64,000 nt of DNA from the IMG/VR virus record IMGVR_UViG_3300042261_002390, positions 62,001 to 126,000 of that record; one strand, written 5' to 3'. Shown in pieces: positions 39,242-48,637 of this stretch. Below the pieces are notes generated by a model. It did not search any database. It saw only the letters and a list, made by a program, of their open reading frames with translations, and was not told where the DNA came from. Numbering within the stretch: the first letter of the stretch is position 1; each line of letters starts with the position of its first letter. The position numbers and the translations under genes are program-made.

Positions 39242-41299
39242 ATGGCATACGATAATAGACCAAATTTAAATTGTAGACAATTCGACCAAAAGGGTAGTGA
39301 TTATTTATTTTTAGCCGGACAAAACTGTATTTGTAGTGGTGGAACAATAAGTTCAGATAATGGATATCAAGTTTCAGGTATCACTGTATTTGATACCGGG
39401 ATGGTATCAAGTTCAATTCAAATTGGCTGTAATGCAATTTCATCTGGAATTGCTGCCACTGTTGTTGGTACAGGCGCACTCGCATCAGGATTAACCTCAA
39501 TTTCAATCGGGTGCAATAGTAAATCATGTGGTAATGGTAGTATTTCAATAGGAACAGTATCAAATGCACACGCTCTTTGTGGTATCTCAATCGGATGTGG
39601 TGGTAATGCTTGTTGCGATTATTCAATAAGTATTGGTGCTAATTCAATTTCATATGGGTCTGGTGGTATTGCTGTTGGTAAGATAACTAAATCATATGAA
39701 AATAGTATTTCAATTGGAAATAATTCGTGTGCAACAAATATTAATGGGATTGCTATTGGCGAAAATAGTATAGCAATTAACAGTTCAAGTATTGCTATAG
39801 GTTATAATACCCTTGCATACTGTACTTGTTCACATGTCATTGGAAATTATATATGTAATAATATTAAAGATTCTCTGGGTTTAGGCTGGTATAGTGGTGC
39901 TACATATCAAACTCCTTCAATTTTATTTTCCGATACATTATCATATTTTTATGGAAAGGGTGATGCTAAAGTAGGGTTCGGAGTTTGTAACCCAACTGCA
40001 AGGGTTGATATATATACCACTACAACATGTGGATTTAAATTGGTTGATGGTAATCAAGGTGCTGGAAGAATATTAACTAGTGATACTAATGGTTATGGAA
40101 AATGGTGTGCTGTAAGTTTAGGTATTACGACAGCTAATAATGGTTTAAATGTTATTGGTAGTAATGTACGATTAGGCGGTGCATTAACTGGAAACACTTC
40201 TATTAGTGCAAATTATACTCTCACAATTGGCTCATGTGCAAAATTAAACACTGAATGTGGTTATCAAATTAGCGGTAATACAATACTATGCACAGCTAAA
40301 AGTGATATCACCAGTGTTTTTATGGGATATAATGCAGGCTCAAATTCAGTTAATTCATATAATATTGGAATTGGTTATAGTACGTTAAAATGCAATCCCA
40401 CTGGAAATAATAATATCGCTGCTGGTTTTAAAGCATTGTGTTGTAATACTTGTGGAAGTCATAATATTGCTTTTGGTAATTCCGCACTTCAGGTAAATAC
40501 TAGTGGGTGCAATAATATTGCAATCGGTAGCTCTTCATTATATACCAATTCTGTTGGGTATAGTAATGTTGCTGTTGGTGGTGGTTCACTCCAAAGCAAT
40601 ACTGGTGGTACTCAAAATGTTGCTATTGGTGCATCGGCTTTAGTTCAAAATACCAAAGGTAATGACAATACTGCTGTTGGTGCACTTGCATTAATGCTTA
40701 ATACTTGTGGTTGTCACAATGTTGGTATTGGATATGAATCTGTATGGAAAAACACTACTGGTTGTGAAAATATTGGTATTGGATTATTTAGTTTATCGTG
40801 TAGCCAAACTGGAAGTAAAAATGTTGCTGTTGGTATTTGTGCCGGATTTAGTAGTGTTGGTAGTAATAATGTTTATCTGGGAAATAGTGCAGGTTTTTAT
40901 GAAACTGGCTCAAATAGACTACACATTGGTAATTGTTGGTGCTGTTCATTAATATATGGTGAGTTTGATAATAAAATGGTGAAAATTGATGGCACATTGT
41001 GTGCTAGTTCGAATATGTGTGCTACTAATTTTATTTTGACTTCCGATGAAAGATATAAAACAAATGTTTCATCAATTTCAATTGCCCCCGTAAATATTGA
41101 CTATAAACAATTTGAAATGTGTGATGAACCCAATCAATTGAGATATGGTGTTTTAGCTCAAGAATTACATTTAGTAAATCCTGAATTAACTAGAATTAAT
41201 TCTTGTGGATACTTAAGTGTAGCATATATTGACTTATTAATTAAAGAAGTCGCATATTTAAAATATAAAATATCTGAATTAGAAAAGAAAATTCAATAA
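39242..41299 (+). CDS. Tail fibre with YadA-head-like repeats and C-terminal S74 intramolecular chaperone
   Basis: SISIG..A repeats, NIAIG..AL repeats, TSDERYKTNV...YGVLAQEL...ELEKK. Confidence 0.8.
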   Translation: MAYDNRPNLNCRQFDQKGSDYLFLAGQNCICSGGTISSDNGYQVSGITVFDTGMVSSSIQIGCNAISSGIAATVVGTGALASGLTSISIGCNSKSCGNGSISIGTVSNAHALCGISIGCGGNACCDYSISIGANSISYGSGGIAVGKITKSYENSISIGNNSCATNINGIAIGENSIAINSSSIAIGYNTLAYCTCSHVIGNYICNNIKDSLGLGWYSGATYQTPSILFSDTLSYFYGKGDAKVGFGVCNPTARVDIYTTTTCGFKLVDGNQGAGRILTSDTNGYGKWCAVSLGITTANNGLNVIGSNVRLGGALTGNTSISANYTLTIGSCAKLNTECGYQISGNTILCTAKSDITSVFMGYNAGSNSVNSYNIGIGYSTLKCNPTGNNNIAAGFKALCCNTCGSHNIAFGNSALQVNTSGCNNIAIGSSSLYTNSVGYSNVAVGGGSLQSNTGGTQNVAIGASALVQNTKGNDNTAVGALALMLNTCGCHNVGIGYESVWKNTTGCENIGIGLFSLSCSQTGSKNVAVGICAGFSSVGSNNVYLGNSAGFYETGSNRLHIGNCWCCSLIYGEFDNKMVKIDGTLCASSNMCATNFILTSDERYKTNVSSISIAPVNIDYKQFEMCDEPNQLRYGVLAQELHLVNPELTRINSCGYLSVAYIDLLIKEVAYLKYKISELEKKIQ

Positions 41300-43008
41300 T
41301 GGCTAGAGTTCCTGATACAAATACATTTTCGTTACAAGATGTTGTCAATGTTGTGAATCCGGCAACTGGTGATTTAATCAGTTGCAATAATAATTCAATA
41401 GCTGAATATTTTGATGCTAGATATAGTGGCGATAAAAATTCATTGTATAATTTCAGGAATTATGGTTTTGACCCTGTAAGCAGCACTAGTACTACGACTA
41501 CTACAAGTACCACTAGTACCAGTACGTCAACAACAACACTACAGCCGTTAGATTTTGCTATAAATAGTAGTTGTACGTATTATCCTGATACACTTACTAT
41601 TTCAACCAGTTCGTATGTTGGCGGTAGTGGCGTATATTATGCGGGTACTAGTATCTTTAATAGTGAATCTGAGGCATTATCCAATACTAATTGGATATTA
41701 GTGAATGGATTTGGTGCAGGTATTACTCCTGCTAATGGTACATATTGGGCAGTTGTTAAAGATTCTGTTGGAAATATAAAAGCAAAAAGTGTTGTGGTTT
41801 CATGTTTTCCAGCACCTTCTACAAGTACAAGCACGACTACAAGTACAACTACGACAACGCAACCACCTACAGCACCGTTCATAAATTCGATTACGTTCCC
41901 CGCAAAAACATTTAATTCAGTTACTGTCGAATCAAATGTTTCATCTGATGGTGGTAGTCCTATTACCGAACGTGGAATTTGTTATAATTTAACTGGTAAC
42001 CCAACAATTAATGATAATAAAGTTTTAATGAGTAATGTAGTTGGTTTACTTTCTGTAGATGTTACTGGATTAGCACCAAATACCGGATATTACTTCTGTG
42101 CATATGCAGTGAATAGTGTTGGAATAACATACTATTGCTATCCGTTTGAGATATATACTGATGCTATTGTGACAACAAGTACCAGTACTAGTACAACTAC
42201 GACAACACAAGCACCGACTACGACTAGTACTACTACTAGTACCACTAGTACTACTACAAGTACCACTAGTACTACCACTACGACTGAAAGCACATTAATG
42301 TATCCTTGGTATCAAGTATTTGAAAGTATTAGCGGATATTGTGGCGAAGTACCATATACTTATACTATGCCGGGATTAGAGGCATCACAATATGCTTGTT
42401 ATAGTTACAATACTTGTGGATATGATTCATTTGAAGGATTCAAATTTAGGGTGAAAAATTTAGTGGTTGGTGCTCAATTATATTCATATAGTTTTGAAGG
42501 TGTACCATATTCAAGCCCAACAAACTATGGTTATTATTTTATGACAGATTCAACAGGTGCTGTATCTTATATTATTAGTTTTACTAGTGATGGTATAATT
42601 CAATCAATTACGACAAGTTGTCCTCAGCCAACAACTACGACCACAACTAGTACTACAACGACTACTGCAGCACCGAATGCTACTGCGAGGTTATGGACTG
42701 TAACAATTCCTACAAATGTTACAAGATTAAACGTTACTGTTCTATATACAAATAATTCAGGTGTTGATAAAAACATGAAGATTAGAGTAATGAACAATAC
42801 TCAAGGTAGTTCATGGGTTGAAGGTATTGTTCATAGTATTTTTAATGGCGATACAAATGTTTCTTATTTAGATGTACTAAACATGGGTGTTAGCAATTTT
42901 GCTGGTGATTCGTTCAGTATTGAATTAAGTCTTGATGGCGGTAGCACTTGGACAGGTACGATTTATCATAGTAATCCATTAACATTGCCATATGATGAAA
43001 GTGCATGA
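41299..43008 (+). CDS. Thr/Ser-linker multidomain virion protein with FN3-like domain
   Basis: Four poly-T/S tracts; SDGGSPITERGICY...TGLAPNTGYYFCAYAVNSVG. Confidence 0.65.
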   Translation: MARVPDTNTFSLQDVVNVVNPATGDLISCNNNSIAEYFDARYSGDKNSLYNFRNYGFDPVSSTSTTTTTSTTSTSTSTTTLQPLDFAINSSCTYYPDTLTISTSSYVGGSGVYYAGTSIFNSESEALSNTNWILVNGFGAGITPANGTYWAVVKDSVGNIKAKSVVVSCFPAPSTSTSTTTSTTTTTQPPTAPFINSITFPAKTFNSVTVESNVSSDGGSPITERGICYNLTGNPTINDNKVLMSNVVGLLSVDVTGLAPNTGYYFCAYAVNSVGITYYCYPFEIYTDAIVTTSTSTSTTTTTQAPTTTSTTTSTTSTTTSTTSTTTTTESTLMYPWYQVFESISGYCGEVPYTYTMPGLEASQYACYSYNTCGYDSFEGFKFRVKNLVVGAQLYSYSFEGVPYSSPTNYGYYFMTDSTGAVSYIISFTSDGIIQSITTSCPQPTTTTTTSTTTTTAAPNATARLWTVTIPTNVTRLNVTVLYTNNSGVDKNMKIRVMNNTQGSSWVEGIVHSIFNGDTNVSYLDVLNMGVSNFAGDSFSIELSLDGGSTWTGTIYHSNPLTLPYDESA

Positions 43009-43077
43009 TGAAATTGATTTGAATATCTGATGAATTAAATAAGATATTTTGTATTTATATAGTAAACATAGTTAAGA

Positions 43078-46000
43078 ATGGCAACTGATACTAAACCGAA
43101 TTTAATTAGTGGTAAATTTGAACAGTGTGTTGGAGATGTATTAAATCTTTCAGGATGCACTCAGATTTATGGTACAATGGATATTCATCCTCAAGGTACT
43201 ATTGACTCATGTAGTGGATATAAGATATCTGGGGTTACTACTTTAATTAATCAATTTCGCTGTGGTTATGCCGGAGCATCTGGTCAACCATTAATTGGTC
43301 AAGGTACTACAACAGCACCTACATGGGCAAATTTAAATACTGGTTACATAGCGTATAAATCAGCAAGTAGTTTTGTTGATTCACAAATATATACTGATGG
43401 TACTAATATTGCAATAGGTACAACCACATTAGATGGAAAACTTAATGTTAGTGGAAAAACAAAAACCGCTACACTTCAAATTACAACAAATGCTGGTGCT
43501 GGAAAAGTATTAGTATCCGATGCAAGTGGAAATGCTGCTTGGTGTACATTATCAGCATCAGGCATTCAAACAGCTAATAATGGTTTAAATGTTATAGGTA
43601 GTAATGTACGATTAGGTGGTGCTTTAACTGGAAATACTTCTATTACCGGGGCATATACCCTAAGCATTTGCGGTGGTGCAATACTGAATACTACATGTGG
43701 ATATCAGGTTTCGGGGTCTACTATATTTAGGACATCACCAAATACAATATCATCAATATTAATTGGATGTGGTGCAGGTAATAACACTTCCACGGGAGCT
43801 GATAATATAGGTATTGGATACCAAGTATTGTTTAAGAATACTAGTGGTATTGGTAACATTGCAATTGGATGTCAATCACTTCAATGTAATATTACCGGAT
43901 GTTATAATGTTGCGAATGGTTTTGGTTCATTATTATATAACACAAGTGGAAATAATAATATTGGTCTTGGTAATGGTAGCCTATATTCAAATTCAATTGG
44001 TTGTGCCAATATTGGTGTTGGATATCAAGCATTGCTTAGTAATTCAAGTGGTTGTTATAATATAGGTGATGGATTTCAAGCACTTTATTCAAATACTACG
44101 GGATGTTTTAATATTGCACATGGATTTCGAACACTATACTGTAATACGACAGCAAATAATTTAATTGCGATTGGTACATGTGCATTATATAATAATACTT
44201 GTATTAATGCTAGTTGTAATGGTCAGTACAATATAGCTGTTGGACATGGTGCATTAAGTGGAAATACTTATGGCTGCGCAAATTATGCTTTTGGTTATGG
44301 CTCATTAAGTGGAAATACCACTGGATGTTATAATGTAGGTATTGGTTATCAAACACTTACAAAAAATACAACTGGTCGTAATAATATTGCTAAAGGTTAT
44401 CAGGCGTTAGCAAAGAATACAATTGGTATTGATAATATTGCCAATGGTTATGGGGCACTTTTTTGTAATACTTGTGGTTCATATAATATCGCCAATGGTT
44501 GCCAAGCACTTTGTACTAATACAACTGGCTGTAACAACATAGCCAATGGTTATCAAGCTCTTTTTCTTAATACTATTGGTTGTCATAATATAGCTAATGG
44601 CAATGGTGCACTTTTTACTAATTCTTGTGGTTCATATAATATCGCCAATGGTAATTTTGCACTTATTAGTAACACAACTGGTTGTGATAATATTGGATTA
44701 GGTCAAAATAGTGGTTATTTAAACTCAACAGGTTCATTAAATATATTTATAGGTAGATGTGCTGGATATAATGAAACTGGTTCAGGTAAACTATATATTG
44801 CTACAGGTGCAACAAACCAATTAATATATGGCGATTTTTCAATTAAAGAAGTAACATTACCTAAACTTAAACTTTGTGAAACACCCGCAGATGGTACTTG
44901 TAGTAATTCTGTATTAGTTTGGGATTCTAGTAGTTGTTGTGTGAAAAAAGCACCATATTATAGCGGATGTACTGGTATTTTGACAGCTAATAATGGTTTG
45001 ACTAAATCAGGTACGAATGTTCGTTTAGGTGGGGCGTTGACGGGTGATACAATAATTAGTGGTAGCAATAGTTTAAGTATTTGTGGAAATGTTGGTATTG
45101 GCACTATTTCGCCAACATATAAATTAGATGTTAGAGGCACTACTGCTGCAAATGGTGTGCGTTCGGCGATGGGATATGATATGTATCCTGTTCCAGACCC
45201 CACTTCACTATCAGGAGTTGTTAGTGCAGGTGGTAGCGTTGATACAGGTACACATTATTATTGGGTATCATTTACAACTGCAATAGGTGAAACTCACGCT
45301 TTTCTTTCTAGTGTTATAACAACAACTGCTGGTAATAATACTGTCACATTAACTGTCCCAACATCAACTGACCCTAGAGTTACTGGAAGAAAATTATATA
45401 GAACTAAAGCAGGTACTAACTATTGGCTTGAATATTATTTAGGTGCTATAAATGATAATGTAACGACAACATATGTGGATACTGCAGCAGATTCAACTTT
45501 AAGTGGTAGTAATGCAGTAGCTAATACAAGAGCTAATACCACAAGTTATTATCTTAGTGTTAATGGTGTTAGAATTGCAATGCCAGACCCAAATGTAACT
45601 ATCTTTGGTTATAATGCTGGTAGTTCTATTACTACTTCTCCACAATCTGTTTATATTGGTTCTAGTGCTGGTAGATTAGTAACTACTGGTGGATATAATA
45701 CTGTGGTTGGTTATTTGTCCCTATATACTAATGTTGTGGGTGCTTCGAATTCTGCGTTTGGAACATCTACATTGAGATATACAACAGGTAGTCAATCTTC
45801 TGCATTTGGTTCATTAGCTTTAATGAATTTTGTCGGTGATGGCTCAACGGGTATTGGTTATGCTGCTGGTATGAATATGGGTTGTGGTAATTCAAGCACT
45901 TATTTAGGTTATATGGCAGGTTACTATCTTTCAAATGGTAGTTCTTTATTTACTGGTGCTACGAATAGTTTATATTTAGGTGCAAGCACTAAAGGTTCGG

Positions 46001-46977
46001 CAAATGGCGTATCCAATGAAATTGCTATTGGTCAAAATGCAATTGCTAAAGGTTCAAATACTGCAGTTTGGGGTAATACGTCAATAACAAGTCATTATTT
46101 TAGTGGTAGTATAACGTTAACTGGTTCTGCCCCTACAGCTAAATTACATCTACCTGCAGGTACTGCTACGGCAGGTACAGCACCATTGAAATTAAATTCA
46201 GGTACTAATTTAACTAATCCAGAAGCTGGTGCAGTTGAATTTGATGGCACTAACTTATATTTTACTCCATCATCGACAAGAAGAACTGTTGCATTCTTGG
46301 ATTCGCCTACATTTACAGGCACACCGTTAGCACCAACTGCATGTGCAGGTACAAATACTACACAAATAGCAACAACAGCTTTTGTTACCACAGCAGTAAG
46401 TGCTGCAGGTGGTGGTGCAACTGTTGATGATGTTGCACCTACAGGAAGTGTGGGAAAATTATGGTTTCAGCCAACAAACGGTAGTTTAATGGTATATGCC
46501 GGGGGTGCTTGGGTTACTGGAAACAGAAACGGTATTGATGGTAAAGGTTGGACTGGTGGTTCATATAATGCATCGACAGGTATTGTAACGTTTGGCTCAT
46601 CAAATGGTTTAGGATTTTCAACAGGCGATTTACGTGCTTCACTTACTGATGATTCGGTAACATATGCTAAATTAGGTACTGGTTTTAAGAACGCTATTAC
46701 TGATAATGATGGTGCATTTGACTTTTCAACTGCAGGTATTATTACTGCAAATATAAGTGGAACAACGACAATTAGTTTCACTAATTTACAAAGAAACAAA
46801 ACATTAAAAGTAAAATTGGTTATTACTAATTCGCCAACAATTAATTTCCCATCATATGCAGTAAAATTAGCTGGTAGTCAAACACTTGCGAATGGTACTT
46901 TCTATTTATATTTTGACTGTTGGGAAAGTACGGGTGGTTCAGAATTAGTTTTATATAGTATAATGAAGGCAGCTTAA
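43078..46977 (+). CDS. Tail-fibre-like protein
   Basis: Beta-helix repeats shared with 31448, Ig-like module, FTGTP.APT..AGTNTTQIATTAFV fibre motif. Confidence 0.8.
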   Translation: MATDTKPNLISGKFEQCVGDVLNLSGCTQIYGTMDIHPQGTIDSCSGYKISGVTTLINQFRCGYAGASGQPLIGQGTTTAPTWANLNTGYIAYKSASSFVDSQIYTDGTNIAIGTTTLDGKLNVSGKTKTATLQITTNAGAGKVLVSDASGNAAWCTLSASGIQTANNGLNVIGSNVRLGGALTGNTSITGAYTLSICGGAILNTTCGYQVSGSTIFRTSPNTISSILIGCGAGNNTSTGADNIGIGYQVLFKNTSGIGNIAIGCQSLQCNITGCYNVANGFGSLLYNTSGNNNIGLGNGSLYSNSIGCANIGVGYQALLSNSSGCYNIGDGFQALYSNTTGCFNIAHGFRTLYCNTTANNLIAIGTCALYNNTCINASCNGQYNIAVGHGALSGNTYGCANYAFGYGSLSGNTTGCYNVGIGYQTLTKNTTGRNNIAKGYQALAKNTIGIDNIANGYGALFCNTCGSYNIANGCQALCTNTTGCNNIANGYQALFLNTIGCHNIANGNGALFTNSCGSYNIANGNFALISNTTGCDNIGLGQNSGYLNSTGSLNIFIGRCAGYNETGSGKLYIATGATNQLIYGDFSIKEVTLPKLKLCETPADGTCSNSVLVWDSSSCCVKKAPYYSGCTGILTANNGLTKSGTNVRLGGALTGDTIISGSNSLSICGNVGIGTISPTYKLDVRGTTAANGVRSAMGYDMYPVPDPTSLSGVVSAGGSVDTGTHYYWVSFTTAIGETHAFLSSVITTTAGNNTVTLTVPTSTDPRVTGRKLYRTKAGTNYWLEYYLGAINDNVTTTYVDTAADSTLSGSNAVANTRANTTSYYLSVNGVRIAMPDPNVTIFGYNAGSSITTSPQSVYIGSSAGRLVTTGGYNTVVGYLSLYTNVVGASNSAFGTSTLRYTTGSQSSAFGSLALMNFVGDGSTGIGYAAGMNMGCGNSSTYLGYMAGYYLSNGSSLFTGATNSLYLGASTKGSANGVSNEIAIGQNAIAKGSNTAVWGNTSITSHYFSGSITLTGSAPTAKLHLPAGTATAGTAPLKLNSGTNLTNPEAGAVEFDGTNLYFTPSSTRRTVAFLDSPTFTGTPLAPTACAGTNTTQIATTAFVTTAVSAAGGGATVDDVAPTGSVGKLWFQPTNGSLMVYAGGAWVTGNRNGIDGKGWTGGSYNASTGIVTFGSSNGLGFSTGDLRASLTDDSVTYAKLGTGFKNAITDNDGAFDFSTAGIITANISGTTTISFTNLQRNKTLKVKLVITNSPTINFPSYAVKLAGSQTLANGTFYLYFDCWESTGGSELVLYSIMKAA

Positions 46978-46978
46978 T

Positions 46979-48037
46979 ATGTTTGGAATTGGAATACCTA
47001 TGATAATTGTTGGTGAGGATTCATTATACTCATTCACCGAATTTACATTTACCAATGCTGCAGCTACTGGTCGATATGGACCTACTTTGGTTCAATGTCA
47101 AACTGCTTATGCTGGACAAGTATGGCTTGCTTCATATTTTACAATGAGTACTCAGGGATATCAGTTATGGACTGTGCCTACTACTGGTACTTATCGAATT
47201 GAGATAAGCGGTGCTCGTGGTGCTAGAGTTAGTGGACAAGTATATACATCGGGAAGAGGTGTTAAAGTTAGGGGTGATATTAGTTTAACTAAGGGAGATG
47301 TATTAACAATTATAGTTGGACAATATATCGATAGTCCAAACACTGGCAATGCATCAACATATACTGGTCTTGGTGGTGGTGGTGGCAGCTTTGTCGCTAA
47401 AAGTGGTACAATATTAATTGCTGCAGGTGGCGGTGGTGGTGCTAGTACGTATACTAGTAATAGTCCACAAGGATATAATGGCGGTGATGGTTTAACTACA
47501 ACTTCGGGTGGATATGGTGATGCTGCCAATTCACTTGGTGCTGGTGGTACTGGTGGTGGTGGTGGTACAGTATATACTGCAGTATCGTCACAAATGTATA
47601 GAGGTGGTGCTGGTGCAGGATGGTCAGCAGTTGGACAAAACGGTAATGGGTCAACAACACATCCATTTGGTCAGGTTAGTTATTATGGCGAAGGTGGTTT
47701 TAGTTACAGTGGTGGTTTTATAGGTGGTGATTATAACTATAGTTGGGGTAACCCAACAGCATATGCTTCTACACATGGAGGATTTGGTGGAGGCGGCGGT
47801 GGAAATGGTATTATTTCTGGTGGTGCTGGTGGTGGCTATTCTGGTGGTGGTATTGGTGGTGCTGGTTCATATATTGCAGGTGCTGGTGGTGGTGGTTCAT
47901 ATATAGTATCGACAGCTACTAATGTTGCAACAAGTAATGGTCAGTATGCGGGTTCATCCACGTTTAATGGAAATGCAATAACAAATTTATCTTCATATAA
48001 TGAAGCAATGGGATATGTAAAAATAACGAGATTATAA
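46979..48037 (+). CDS. Glycine-rich-domain protein (ALK/LTK GRD-like)
   Basis: GYQLWTVP.TGTYRIE..GARG, IIVGQ, GGGGGSFV, IAAGGGGG, GGFGGGGG. Confidence 0.7.
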   Translation: MFGIGIPMIIVGEDSLYSFTEFTFTNAAATGRYGPTLVQCQTAYAGQVWLASYFTMSTQGYQLWTVPTTGTYRIEISGARGARVSGQVYTSGRGVKVRGDISLTKGDVLTIIVGQYIDSPNTGNASTYTGLGGGGGSFVAKSGTILIAAGGGGGASTYTSNSPQGYNGGDGLTTTSGGYGDAANSLGAGGTGGGGGTVYTAVSSQMYRGGAGAGWSAVGQNGNGSTTHPFGQVSYYGEGGFSYSGGFIGGDYNYSWGNPTAYASTHGGFGGGGGGNGIISGGAGGGYSGGGIGGAGSYIAGAGGGGSYIVSTATNVATSNGQYAGSSTFNGNAITNLSSYNEAMGYVKITRL

Positions 48038-48047
48038 AATTAGAAAT

Positions 48048-48632
48048 ATGAGTACAAGTATTAGTTTTCCAGCAAATCCACAAGTGGGTGATACATATAC
48101 ATATGGTTCGGTGACCTATGAATGGAATGGTATTAGTTGGAATGTTAAATCAACAATTACATATCTAACCGATATTGTTCAAGATACTACTCCGCAATTG
48201 GGTGGTAATTTAGATATGAATGATAAAAGCATTCAATTGACAGCAGCACTTTCAACTAATCAATCGTATGTTGGTACTATTGAAAGCGGAACTGTTGGTG
48301 AAAATGTTGCATTTGGTGATGTTTTATATTTAAAGTTTAGTGATGGTAAGTGGTGGAAAGCAAATGCTAGTGGATATACCACAACACCTGCAGTAAGAAT
48401 GGCATTGGCGACAATTACTGCGAATAATAGTGGTAATTTATTGGTTGAGGGATATATTCGTTATGATTCTTGGAGTTTCGCAACAAATAAGGTGTATTTA
48501 TCTGCATCAACTTCCGGGGCAATTACAACAACACAGCCATCAACTACTGGAAATCAAATACAGGTAATTGGCGATGCTAAAACAAGTGCAAAACTATATT
48601 TTAAGCCATCAAGAGATGTCGGTCAAATTTAA
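48048..48632 (+). CDS. Small fibre/decoration protein
   Basis: FPANPQVGDTY, D.TPQLGGNLD and G.VYLS..GA.TTT.P motifs common in phage virion proteins. Confidence 0.6.
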   Translation: MSTSISFPANPQVGDTYTYGSVTYEWNGISWNVKSTITYLTDIVQDTTPQLGGNLDMNDKSIQLTAALSTNQSYVGTIESGTVGENVAFGDVLYLKFSDGKWWKANASGYTTTPAVRMALATITANNSGNLLVEGYIRYDSWSFATNKVYLSASTSGAITTTQPSTTGNQIQVIGDAKTSAKLYFKPSRDVGQI

Positions 48633-48637
48633 TAAAA

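Noticed and set aside
36590-44890. Diversity-generating retroelement TR/VR pair between fibre genes
   Set aside because: Differences are mostly synonymous and not confined to adenines, both copies are mid-gene, and no reverse transcriptase is in the window
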